Positions 19,577-44,750 of a stretch of DNA of 64,000 bases are shown piece by piece (the first letter of the stretch is position 1; each line of letters opens with the position of its first letter). The notes under the pieces were generated by a model that had not been told where the DNA came from, searched no databases, and worked only from the letters and a program-made list of their open reading frames with translations. The position numbers were made by a program, and so were the translations under genes. Origin of the DNA: the human T2T-CHM13v2.0 reference genome, Homo sapiens; NCBI RefSeq assembly GCF_009914755.1, contig NC_060931.1, one strand, 5' to 3'.

Positions 19577-20387
19577 CTACAGAAAAAAAAAAAAATAATA
19601 AGTACATAGAGTTAAATGTTAAATTTTAAGGCTTAGACTTATATTCAACATAAGGCACAATTTGAAGGTATACAAAATAAGTAATTAGGGCATTTTTCCA
19701 GCATTTTACCATATCAAGTAGAAAATATCAGAGTTTACAGTCATTTTCTCCCTTAAATCCAGCACTTCCTTATACTCTAAATGTGAGGACAGACCCACAT
19801 GAATATAATTGTGTCCTCATAATTCACTTAAGTATTCCTCACTCTGGTTTTGCCCCTTTTTTAGGTAACCTTCTGAAGTCTCCCTCTGTCTACAGTAGTG
19901 GCTTTTAACTACATAATGGGTTCTTCACAAAGTTCACATACCAGGTTTAACTTCTATATTTAATAAAGTTGATGTGAAATGACCAGATATATGTATTTTT
20001 AAAAGCTTTGTAAAAGGTGCTTTTGGTGACTGTGATGCAGATGACTAAAAAACAAAATTTTAAAAATTAAGCACGATTATAATCATGTCCACCTTACAAG
20101 CATAATAAAATTTAATTTATAAACACTTCAGGAAAGTAAAATAAAGGTAAGAGTCACAGCAAGGTGAAATTCCTGACAGAAAGCAATTGAAAAAAAAAAA
20201 AAAAACTAATGCCTTTAAATTCTTTGAATTGTACTAAATACGGTATAGAAATGAGTAAAAGAAAAATTAATAACACATAAGAGCAACAAGATATTACACA
20301 TAAAAACTTGGAAACTGACAAAGCAGTACTCAGATAATGTCAGTGTTTTAAATTATTTCGCAGTATTTTAAACTCTTTAAAAGAAAA

Positions 20388-22549
<2,162 letters not shown>

Positions 22550-24349
22550 TCAATCCAACAGCAGGCAGAAAAGGAATGAAAACAAATGGTACATAGAAAA
22601 TAACATAAAAAGATAAATATAAATATGAATTTTCACAGTAAACATAAATGGCTTAAACTGTCATAATGATAAAAAAATTAATTTACTTGGATAACATAAG
22701 AGAACTTCAGATTACATAAAGCAAACATTTACAGAACAAAGAGAAATTGGTAACTAATCATTAGAGAGATATTAACATCCCACTGTCGGAAACTGATAGA
22801 TGAAACATTATAGTTTGAAGCATTTTAAACAAGTATTTGGACAACACATTGAGCAAGCATTACTAGATTACTCTATCAATCTTCCTTTGTGTCTGACTCT
22901 GTTCAAACACAGTGGATACAGAAATAAATAAAACAAAATCCCTCCTGTCACAAAACTACATTCTAGTGAGAAGAGACAACAGTAAACAAGTATTACACAT
23001 ACAACATCCAACAAAAGAAAGCAAAGAAAAAGGGACTAGCTATTTTAAATAACAGATTTATAAAATAAATGTTTTAAAATAAAATTTTGTAAGGAGCCAC
23101 TTTAGCACAGAACTGAAGATGAAGCAAACCATACAGATATCTGGGAGAAAAGCATTGCAGTAGAAGTAACAGCAAATGCAAAATTCTTGAGATGAGAGCA
23201 AGTGAGGGGGGTTAGAGGGACAAGAAGGATATACGGTGGCTGGGGCAGAGTCAGCGGTAGGGGGTAAGAAGGCATGAGGTCTAAGAATTTTTTTTTAATA
23301 GGATCACTTTTTGTTTAGAAACCTGTAGACCAATACAAGAACTGGGGACTGGGAGACTAGAAATCCTCGAAACAATCCCAACATGGCTGCTTCAAAGAAA
23401 ATAGAGAATGACAAAATAATTCACATGCCATTATGGAGGTAGAGTTTACTTTTCATCTTTCTTTTGTGATTTTTCATAATCATAAACATCCACTTTTAAA
23501 GAAATTGGAAACCGTATGGTTTAGCTGACTTTTTAACTTAATCTCTCAGACCCATGTTTTGCTCTACTTTGAGTTTTTTCTCCACTATCTTGACCATCAC
23601 TGTCTATGCTGTTGTTTGTTTTGGCACAACTGGCTTTATTTCAAGCTCGTTCTGTCTAGTTTATAATCTCTATCAACATATCAGTTATCTGCATTGCCCT
23701 ACTTACTCCTTAAAAAATAATTTTGATTTTAATTTTTGCTTTTCAAATTTTTCTTCTGATTTCTATTCTTGGTTTTGGCACTAGGAAGACATGCTTTTTA
23801 CGTTGATCAATTCATCAGAATTCCTTTCCTTCTGGGCAATGGACCAACTTATTGACATCATGTCATTTTCGAATTCTTTTATTTCATCGGTGTCCTTATT
23901 GCTGCTCATTGGCTTCTGCCATGTGACTTTTCTGACTAATCAAACACTATATTCTGAATGCAAAGATAATGGTCATACTCTTCAAAACCCTATCAGTTGC
24001 CAACTTTCATATTTAAACAGCAAAATAGATACATGTTTTATATTTCCATATTGAGTCAGATATTTCCAGTTTCAGTTTTTAAGGAAAGTTTGAAGTCTAA
24101 TTACAAATGACAACATGAAGATTATTTATTTTAACCCTTCTTTGGGTTTTCTTCGTTCCCCTCTTTTTCCTGTCTCTTAACCCTTTCATTTCAGTGTTCT
24201 TCACTTCACTTTATTACCAAGAAATGTGAAGTAAAAGAATACAACTAACTTTATTTGAGAAAATTTTCTACCAAAACTTTATGTTCCATATTAATCTCAG
24301 AATCTGAAACCAACTTGAGTTCCTAAAGTAACATAGGAGACTTCTACAT

Positions 24350-26805
<2,456 letters not shown>

Positions 26806-26807
26806 TG

Positions 26808-27633
26808 ACAAAAACAACCCAACTCAAAAATGAGCAAAGAACTTCCACAGACATTTTCCAAAGAAGTTATACAAATGACCAAAAAAACATGAAAAGATGC
26901 TCACGATGACTATTAGAAAAATGAAAAATCAAAACTAAGATATACCACCTCACACCCATTAGGATGGCTACTGTGAAAAATAAAAAAAAGAATAACAAAT
27001 GTTGGCAAGGACGTGGAGAAACTGAAACACTAGTGCACAGGTGTAGGGAACATAAAATGATATGGGCCCTGGAAAACAGTACGGCAGTTTCTCAAGCAGT
27101 TAAAAATAGAATTGCCATATGATCCACAAATTCCACCTCTGGGTATACACCAAAAAGAATCAGAAGCAGAGTCTCCAAAGAGATATTTATACACCCATGT
27201 TCACAGCAGCATTATTCACAATAAATAAAACATAATTAACAGTTAAGTAAAATGTGGTACAGACATACCACATTGGCAGTATGTCTATGGTGGAATACTA
27301 TGCAGCCTTAAAAAGGAAGGAATTTCTGACATATACGATACTACAACATAAATGAACCTTGACAACAATCTCCTAAGTGAATTAAACCAGTCACAAAGAA
27401 AAAAAAATAGTGGATGATTCCACTTATATAAGGTACTAAGAGTAGCTAAAATCAGAGACGGAAAGTGGAACGGTGGTTGCCAGAGGCTGAGAGAAGGGAG
27501 AAACTGGGAGTTATTGTTTAATGGCTATAAAGTATGAGTTTAACAAGATTTTTTAAAAAGCTATGAAAATGGATAGTGTCTACATTATGAATGTATCTCA
27601 CATCACTAAAATGTACACTTAAAAATAGTTAAG
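26808..27633 (+). mobile_element. L1MB-like 3' end, resuming at 30254 after the retrocopy and Alu
   Basis: ataccacctcacacccattaggatggcta...tgtacacttaaaaatagttaag, continuing as atggcaaattatattttgtgtatattctaccacaa. Confidence 0.8.
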
Positions 27634-27635
27634 GG

Positions 27636-28162
27636 GTTGGGTGGCCACAGACGGCCGGGCGGGATGTAACCAGCCGCTGAGCTGCAGCCCTTCCGTGTCC
27701 GCAGGCTTCGGCCCGGCCGCCGCCGCCCATCAGCTATGGAGGAGCTTTACAACTTCCCGGCCTGCAGAGCCGGGCGCAGCAAGGGCCAGACGCGGCGCGA
27801 GCTGGCGCTGCGAGCCAACGGGCCGGCGCCTGGCGGGCACGATCGCAAGGTCGCGCAGAAGCTCCTCAATGGCCAGCGCCAGTTGCAGCCCCGGCCGCAC
27901 CCTTGCCTCACCTGAGCCTGGGCTCTTGCTCTTGCGGAATCCACAGGTCTTTCTTGAAGAAATCTGTAGTCAGAACTCTGTGCTGCATTTTTATCCAGAG
28001 AAGGAACAGGAAGAGAAGAGTGTGGTCTCCTAGAAATCTAGCACTGGAGAAACGAGGAAAATTCTTCCAAGGATGGTCTCCCACTCAGAGCTGAGGAAGC
28101 TTTTCTACTCAGCAGATGCAGTGTGTTTTGATGTTGACAGCACGGTCATCAGAGAAGAAGGA
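27636..28162 (+). pseudogene. PSPH/PSPHP1-derived 5' UTR exons plus the first 30 codons of phosphoserine phosphatase
   Basis: The ATG at 28073 gives [30 protein letters not shown], the PSPH N-terminus with HAD motif I DxDST. Upstream MASASCSPGRTLASPEPG and RKILPR-M resemble the PSPHP1/CO9 N-terminus as recalled. Confidence 0.92.
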
Positions 28163-28302
28163 ACCAACATTCAAAGCAGCTGCCAACTATTCCAAGTTTC
28201 CCAGCTGGAGGAGCCCTGACCTGCACCTTCGCAGAAGCCCTGAAGCAGACACCCCAGGGAGCACCTACCAGGGGCACCCCCGGCTGGCACCAGCATACAA
28301 AG

Positions 28303-28417
28303 TGAGACAGGGTCTCGCCTTATTTCGCAGGCTGGTCTGGAACTCCTGAGCTCAAACAATCTACCCACCTCGGCCTCCCAAAGTTCTGGGATTACAGGTG
28401 TGAGCCACCTTACCCAG
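28303..28417 (-). mobile_element. Antisense Alu left arm (AluJ/FLAM-like) inside the retrocopy, probably an exonized Alu
   Basis: gagacagggtctcgcc...gggattacaggtgtgagccacc. It lacks the poly-T head and its own TSD, and abuts the SEPT7 exon start. Confidence 0.8.
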
Positions 28418-28421
28418 AGAG

Positions 28422-29922
28422 GCGAACCTGGATTGGGAAAGTCGACATTAATCAACTCATTATTCCTTACAGATTTGTATGCTCCAGAGTATCCAGGTCC
28501 TTCTCATAGAATTAAAAAGACTATACAGGTGGACAATCCAAAGTTTTAATCAAAGAAGGTGGTGTTCAGTTGCTGCTCACAATAGCTGACACCCCAGGAT
28601 TTGGAGATGTAGTGGATAATAGTAATTGCTGGCAGCCTCTTATCGATTACATTGATAGTAAATCTGAGGACTACCTAAATGCAGAATCACGAGTGAACAG
28701 ACGTCAGATGCCTAATAGCAGGGTGCAGTGTTGTTTATACTTCATTGCTCCTTCAGGACATGAACTTAAACCATTGGATATTGAGTTTATGAAGCGTTCG
28801 CATGAAAAAGTGATTATCATCCAACTTATTGCCAAAGCAGACACACTTATACCAGAGGAATGCCAACAGTTTAAAAAACAGATAATGAAAGAAATCCAAG
28901 AACATAAAATTAAGATATATGATTTTCCAGAAATAGATGATGAAGAAGAAAATAAACTTGCTAAAAAGGTAAAGGACTGTTTACCTCTTGCTGTGGTAAG
29001 CTAGTAATACTATCATTGAAGTTAATGGCAAAAGGGTCAAAGGAAGGCAGTATCCTTGGGGTGCTGCTGAAGTTGAAAATGGTGAACATTGTGATTTTAC
29101 AATTCTAAGAAATATGCTGATAAAAACACACACTCAGGACTTGAAAGATGTTACTAATAATGTCCACTATGAGAACTACAGAAGCAGAAAACTGGCAGCT
29201 GTGACTTATAATGGAGTTGATAACAACAAGAATAAAGGGCAGCTGACTAAGAGCCCTCTGGCACAAATGGAAGAAGAAAGAAGGGAGTATGCAGCTAAAA
29301 TGAAGAAGATAGAGATGGAGATGGAGCAGGTGTTAGAGATGAAGGTCAAATAAAAAGTTCAAAAACTAAAGGACTCTGAAGCTGAGCTCCAGTGGCGCCG
29401 TGAGCTAATGAAAAAGAATTTGGAAGCACAGCACAAAGAATTAGAGGAAAAACGTCGTCAGTTTGAGGATGAGAAGGCAAACTGGGAAGCTCAACAACAT
29501 ATTTTAGAACAGAACTCTTCGAGAACCTTGGAAAAGAACAAGAAGAAAGGGAAGATCTTTTAAACTCTCTATTGACCACCAGTTACGTATTAGTTGCCAA
29601 TATGCCAGCTTGGACATCAGTGTTTGTTGGATCCGTTTGACCAATATGCACCAGTTTCATCCATAATGATGGATTTAACAGCGTGACAAAAATTATTTTT
29701 TCTTGTTTTTCTTGATGGAGATTAAGATGCCTTGAATTGTCTAGGGTGTTGTGTACTTAGAAAGTAACAGCTCTAAGTACCTTTCCTACATTTTCTTTTT
29801 CTTTTTTTTATTAAACAGATATCTTCAGTTTAATACAGGAGAACATTTTACTGTTGTACAATCATGTTCTCGTGGTTTGATTGTTTACAGCCTATTCCAA
29901 AATAAAAGGACTGTGGAAGGTT
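28422..29922 (+). pseudogene. SEPTIN7P6: SEPT7 (septin 7) processed pseudogene portion: P-loop exon to stop (29561-29563) plus 3' UTR
   Basis: Translates [20 protein letters not shown]...DTPGFGD...AKAD...[11 protein letters not shown]. Disabled by a 1-bp deletion near 28533, a 1-bp insertion near 29000 and GAA>TAA at 29351-29353. The symbol is recalled for the 7q36 locus and was not verified. Confidence 0.9.
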
Positions 29923-29923
29923 A

Positions 29924-30307
<384 letters not shown>

Positions 30308-30384
30308 TCAAAATCTGACTGTTTGTAAAGATCAATAAAATTGACAAGATTCCAGCAAAACTAACACACACAAAAAAATGACTA

Positions 30385-30779
30385 CTATGGTTTGAATATC
30401 ATTTGTCCTCACCAAATCTCATGTTGAAGCTTGGTCTGCAATGTAGCAGTGTTGAGAGGTGGTACCTTTAAGAGGTGATTAGGTTGTTAAGAGGGATTAA
30501 TGTCGTTCTGAAAGGAGTTCTCACTCTTGGAGAAGTGAACCCACAAGAGTAGGTTGTTATAAAGTGAGGATGCCTCTCATGTTTGGCCTCTCTTTGCAAA
30601 CATGTGCTTCCCCTTGCACTTCTCTGCCATGTTATGACACAGCACAAAGCCCTCACCACATGCGGCAACCCATCTTAGATTTCTCAGCCTCCAGAACCAT
30701 AAACCAAATAAATCTTTTTCCTTTATAAACTACCAACTCTCGGGTATTTTGCTATAGCAATAGAAAATGAACTAAAACA
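30385..30779 (+). mobile_element. MST-family (MaLR) solo LTR
   Basis: ctatggtttgaat...ctcatgttga...tatagcaatagaaaatgaactaaaaca. Confidence 0.75.
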
Positions 30780-30832
30780 GGAATGAAAGGGGATTTCACT
30801 ATAGACTCCACAGACATTAAAATGACAATAAG

Positions 30833-31110
30833 GTTGGGTGCGGTGGCTCATGCCTGTAATCCCAGCGGGCAGATCATGAGGTCAGGAGATCGAGACCATC
30901 CTGGCTAACACGGTGAAACCCCGTCTCTACTAAAAATACAAAAAAATTAGCTGGGCGTGGTAGTGGGCACCTGTAGTCTCAGCTACTCAGGAGGCTGAGG
31001 CAGGAGAATGGCGTGAACCCTGGAGGCAGAGCTTGCAGTGAGCCGAGATCACACAACTGCACTCCAGCCTGGACAACGGAGGGAGACTCCGTCTCAAAAA
31101 AAAAAAAAGA
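30833..31110 (+). mobile_element. AluY with a short internal deletion, inside an L1 ORF2 remnant (30300-31650)
   Basis: Y diagnostics; TSD gacaataa. Confidence 0.85.
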
Positions 31111-31652
31111 AGACAATAAAAGAGCAGTATGAACAACTCCACACACATAAGTTTGATATCTTTAAATGAAATGGACCAATTCATAGGAAATGACAAACTA
31201 CCAAAACTCACCCAAGATGAAATATGTAACCTGAACAGCTCTGTAACTATTAAAGAAATTGAATTTATAGTATGAAATTTTCTGAAATAACAATCTCCAG
31301 GCCCAGGTGCTTTCACTAACTAATTTCTAACCAACACTTTAAGATGATGTAACACCAACTCTACAGAATCCCTTCCAGAAAAAGGAGGGAACAACATTTC
31401 TCCACTCATTTAATGAGGTCAGCATTATCCTAAAGCCAAAATCAGGCAAAGACAGTACAAAGAAGCAAAACTAAAGACCAATTTCCTAAGTGAACATAAA
31501 CACAAAAATCATCAAGAATATATTAGCAAATCAAACTCAGGAACATAAGAAGAGTAATATACCACACCATGTAGGGTTTATCCCAGGAATGCTACACTTG
31601 TTCAATATTCAAAAAATCAATCAATGTAATCTACCATGTTAGAAGTCTAAAT

Positions 31653-31862
31653 CACTGGTCAGCAAACTACGGTCCAGAGGCCAAATCCAGTCCTGTACTT
31701 GGTCTTTGTAATAATTTTATCGGAACATAGCCATGTATATTTGTTTACATACAGTCTACATCTGCTTTCATGCTACAATAGCAGATATCAGCAGTTACAA
31801 CAGACAGCATATTGCCAGCAAAGCCTAAAATATTTACTATGTGACCCCTTACAGAAAAAAAT
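31653..31862 (+). mobile_element. MER58A
   Basis: ggtcagcaaactacggtccagaggccaaatcc...gcaaagcctaaaatatttactat...ttacagaaaaa. Confidence 0.8.
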
Positions 31863-31869
31863 GTGGGAG

Positions 31870-34060
<2,191 letters not shown>

Positions 34061-34936
34061 AAAACAGATATAAATGCAGTAAGACTTCTATGTCCACGGG
34101 TTCCGCATCTGTAAATCCAAATGACTATGGATCAAAAAAATATTATTTGTTTATTACTGTCTCTTTAGCTGTATACTCCATGAAGACTAGAAATTTGTTC
34201 TATTCACTGCTGCACCCCCAACACCTAACAGCACCAGATGAAACATAAGCACTCAATATATGTTTTGTTGAAAGAGTAGATGGTTCTATAACTCAGGACA
34301 AAAATATGGATTCAATAACAAATATTGAGATAACAGCCTAACAATTCTGAAAAGCAAGTTACAGTTCTGTCTCCCACTGAACAAAATAATAAAATTTCAC
34401 AGGGAATCAAACTTTAAAACAAAGCCACTTAATACTGGATGTTGTGTCATTAAGCTAAGTGATAAGAAATAAGACACTTTAATACCATAAAGGAACAGGC
34501 TAAAGTGTCATAATTAGCAGAAAATATCACTAATGTCTACTTAGAAAATACAAGTTTATCAACTGAAATGTTAAAAGAGTTCTTTAAGATTGTCAGATCA
34601 ACACAGTAACATATAAACATCAATAACTTTTCTATACAGCATACAGTAGAAATAATTATTCTACTGTAATAGAAAGAGATATCAACAACAAAGTTACTAG
34701 GAATAACTTTAATAAGTAATATAAAACTCTACTTATGAACATAAAGGAAGAATAAAGTATCCTGAGACACAAACCTAATTTTTTTTAAAAAGGGACAAAG
34801 GATATGAACAACAAATTCATTTTTGAATAAGAAATTCAGACACAATTAATCAACCTATAGAATATGATAAAGTGCTCAACTTTACCAAGTAATCAGGGAA
34901 ATCGAACAATGATATGAAAAATGAAAACTACTGGTC

Positions 34937-35805
<869 letters not shown>

Positions 35806-35908
35806 GAAGAGAAAAACACAAGGAAAAAAATCCATGCAAAATCAATTTTTCAGAACTCCTCGATTAAAAAATAATGTCAAACATTAAGAGGAATATCCAT
35901 TTTGCTTA

Positions 35909-39549
<3,641 letters not shown>

Positions 39550-40159
39550 TATTTACTTTGGTACCAATTCTAGATATATATCTGCATATACCCAGGTATT
39601 TAACTTCCTGGTCTCATGTTCCTTAAATAGTTAATAAGAAAGAGTAATTATGAACCATGCAGAGCAATTAACAAGCCTAACTTCCAATATTTTCTTCACT
39701 CTGAAGTAAGTATTTCCAACAGTGTATTATGTCAGAAGTTCTCAGTTTTGGGGGTGCTGTATCTTAATTTTTCTGTACTCTATTTTCAACTTCACTGAAA
39801 TAATACAAGCTCTATCTTCCTTACAAATTTATAAGGAATCAAATGAAATGAAATATATAAAAGTTGTCCTCTTTCTCCCATCTTCAAAAAACTTCCCCCG
39901 CACTTCATTTCCTGTTAGCCCTCTCTCCTTCAACAGCCTGGTCTGTAGAAAGAGTCCATACATGGCCTCCCTCCACTCCCTCATCTTCCATTCATTCCTT
40001 GTTCCAAGGCCCTCCCAACACCACTGAAACTTTTTTCAATGCCCTTTTTTTAAATTATTATTATTTTTTTAAAAAGCAAATTCTGCCCCCATCTTTTCAT
40101 TCTTTCAGTTGAACCACTTTTTCCAAAACACTGTGCAGATATAAAAAATACGTAGTTAA

Positions 40160-41650
<1,491 letters not shown>

Positions 41651-42165
41651 AAGGATAGGTAGGATTTACAGACTGGAAAATGGGAAAAAGATGAGAGTGG
41701 AAAAAGGAAGGAGGGGTAGCACGAATGGCGGGCAGGTGGACAGAAAAGTAAAATTCAGCCATGTTCAAAAGGGAACAAATAAAAGCACCGAAAGGTAAGA
41801 CAGACCTAGTATATTTATGACTTGAATCCCAAGCTACGAAACTGGAACATAATTTAGCAGAGAGACTCCAAAAGTTTTACAGCAAAAAGTATTAGAATCA
41901 TTTATATACTGGGAAAAAATAGCCTCCTCATTTTAATAATCCAGATTGGGAAATCAGATCTAAAACAGATGTTCAATGGACATCCCATTTCTTTTGTAAA
42001 AGCAACTTGAGTGGTCAGTCATCAAGTTTTGTTCTGTTTTTAATTCACAATGAAAATCTGACTACTCATTTATTCAACAAATATTTGAGTGCCAGCTATG
42101 TGCTAGGCACTGTTCTAAACACGCCAATAACATTTATTTAGTGGGATTGATTCTGTACTCTAGAA

Positions 42166-42404
42166 CAATGGTTCTTAACTGGGGAGAGGGAGTAATTTTT
42201 GCTCCCCAAGGGACATCTGGCAATGTCTAAAGACATTTTTGGTTGTCACGGGGGCAGGGAGGGGGGGAGGGGTGCGGGTGTGCTACTATATCTAGCGGGT
42301 GGAGGCCAGGAATGCTGCTTAACATCCTACACACAGGAGATACTGCCCATGACAAGGAATTAGCTAGTCCAAAATGTCAACAGTGCCAAAGCTGAATAAA
42401 TCTG
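42166..42404. mobile_element. MER20
   Basis: caatggttcttaactggg...gggacatctggcaatgtctaaagacatttttggttgtcac...aaaatgtcaacagtgcca. Confidence 0.85.
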
Positions 42405-44529
42405 TTCAAGAGCAACACATTTCTATTCCCTCTTCCATAGTAATTGTTAATAAACATTAGTTCCATTTTCTACTATTTCTGTTCTACAATAGAGGCTTTA
42501 AAATATCTTAAGAAATATAACACCATTTTAATAATTTGGCAAGTAGAAGTAAAGATACCATGAATCCTGAGATTTCACTTTCAAAAATGTATAAGCTACA
42601 TTTATTTTACAATATAACTTTTAGGAACAAAGTTGTCTTCTCCTTCTGACACTGACTGTTATCAAAAACTGTGCTAAAAGCTTTGAGTGATGTTTGATTA
42701 TTCCTTTTATTTTGGGGTCCTTATAGCAGTTAATTACCACATTCTGCCAGTTCTTTCCAAGTGAATGCCTCACATTTCAACGGATCCTTTTCTATTACCA
42801 ATGTATCATCTGAAATATTTTACTAACTGGTTTTTCTGAAGCTCAATGTCCATGTCTCCTTCCCTCCCAAGCTATCCCTACCCATTAATACTGTATTTTT
42901 CACCTGCTCAAAAGTCCATATGGTTGCCCGTAACATACCAAATAAGAACCTAATTCCTAAAGCTTGACATTCAAATCCTTTTTTCAACTAGCTACAATCC
43001 ACTTTTCCAACTCTTTTTTCCACTGCTCTCCCTCAGGAGTAGCCTTTTTTAGCAAAATGACTTATTCTGAGATACATAAACAACCTTTCCAGATCAGAGA
43101 CATCAAAAGCCATTCAGGCTTCATTGAGACAAAAGATACGCATTCAACTCAGAATAACAGTAAGAAATCAACTTATAGGGAAACCAGATCTAGCCATGTT
43201 CTATAAACATGAGAGATAACCCTGTTGGCTCATGCCACTGTCCTTATTTATAACGGCCCCTATTTGCCTTTCTACTTCTCTGAACTCCTTATCCTTCAAA
43301 TCTACCATCTTTTCAAAAACCCAAACACAGAGTCACCTCAGTCACCATTACCTGCCCTTCCCCCACCCCACCCAATGCCTGTGGCTTTCAGGTCATTTAT
43401 TTTGCAATAAACTTGTCATCTCAATTTTACTGGTTCTCTTTTAGATTCAGACAGCTGAGATTATGATAGATTCATTAGTAAGCTGAATGGGGAAGAAAAG
43501 GATATTTACATTCCCAGGCCAATTTTCAATGCTTTTTGGAAGATTCTGTTAAATTCACAATTTCCAGAACTGGCAAGGAATAGGTAAATATATACACTCA
43601 TATATTACTGGTAAGAGTATAAATTGGTATAATTATCCTAAAGTGATATCTGCCAACATTGAAAGTCTTTAAAATCTGTATACTCTTTGGCCTAGGAATT
43701 CAACTTGAAAATTTATCATGAGTAAATTATAAAATGTACAAAGGTTTAACTATAAAGACACTCATCTCTGCATTGTTTCTAACTCTCAAAGATTGAGGTG
43801 GAGGGGAAAATTCCTTGTCCAATAAAAAAAGACTATTCCATGAATCATTTATTTAAGTAATGTAATACTCTGCAACTACTAAAATCCTATAGTATCATGG
43901 TTATTGACATGTAACTCTTTTAATGGCTTTCTTTCCTAAGCTAAGAAAAATACAAACATGATTCCACATAATGTATTTCAAATATTTGTATACATTTTTC
44001 TACTTTTCTATATTTTCCACACATCTATATATAATTTGTGTGTGTGTGTGTGTATGCATGCATGTAAATAAAATATACCTCTAAGTCTTGTAACCTTAAG
44101 ATGGTGGGGCAAAATATTTTTATTTTCTGTTGTTGATTATTTAAAATTTAGCTACATTAAATTTTTTCTGATTTAGTAAACATACATAAGGCCTATTTAT
44201 AGTTGAATGGCAGTCTTACAAAACCTAAGCAACCTTAGTTTACATTATCTGTGGGAAAAGCATTTTTAGTAGAATGCTTGCACATCTTCCTACATTCCTG
44301 TAATCAAACAGTATTTATCATCAACTATGTTGGTGACTCTCACTTTGACATAGGCTGAACCAGAAATCCTAGGAAAAACTGATGATAGAAAGCTAAGGGG
44401 AAGGACAGGAAGCCGGGAAACCCTGGGAAAGGAGGGATTATATTACACATGTTATGGGAACTAGTTTGTATATGCGGGGCACAGAGCATACACTTAGATA
44501 AGAAGGGGGTCATAAAACCAGAAAGGCAA

Positions 44530-44750
44530 TAAATAGAATGTTATGAGCATGAACTCTAGATGCAGACTGTTTAGGTTCAATCCCACCTCTGCTTCTTACT
44601 ACATTTATTACCTTAAGCAAGTCACTTAACTTCTCCCTGCCGTTTCTGCCCCATCTGTATAATGGGGATAACAGACCCTACCTTAGAGGGTTGTCACACT
44701 AATGAATTCTGAGAATAGTGCCTGGTACTACAGTTAAGTGCTCATTAGTT
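44530..44750 (+). mobile_element. MIR
   Basis: ggttcaatcccacctctgc...accttaagcaagtcacttaacttctc...catctgtataatgggg. Confidence 0.75.

Noticed and set aside
27641-28033. 130-aa ORF as a novel protein
   Set aside because: GTG start in a GC-rich 5' UTR copy. Only the MASASC uORF part has any precedent.
28570-29353. 144-aa and 79-aa septin ORFs as a functional gene
   Set aside because: These are fragments of one frame broken by two frameshifts and a nonsense codon. The N-terminal exons are absent and retrocopy hallmarks are present.
28073-29563. In-frame PSPH-SEPT7 fusion protein
   Set aside because: The PSPH frame stops at 28217-28219, before the SEPT7 sequence.
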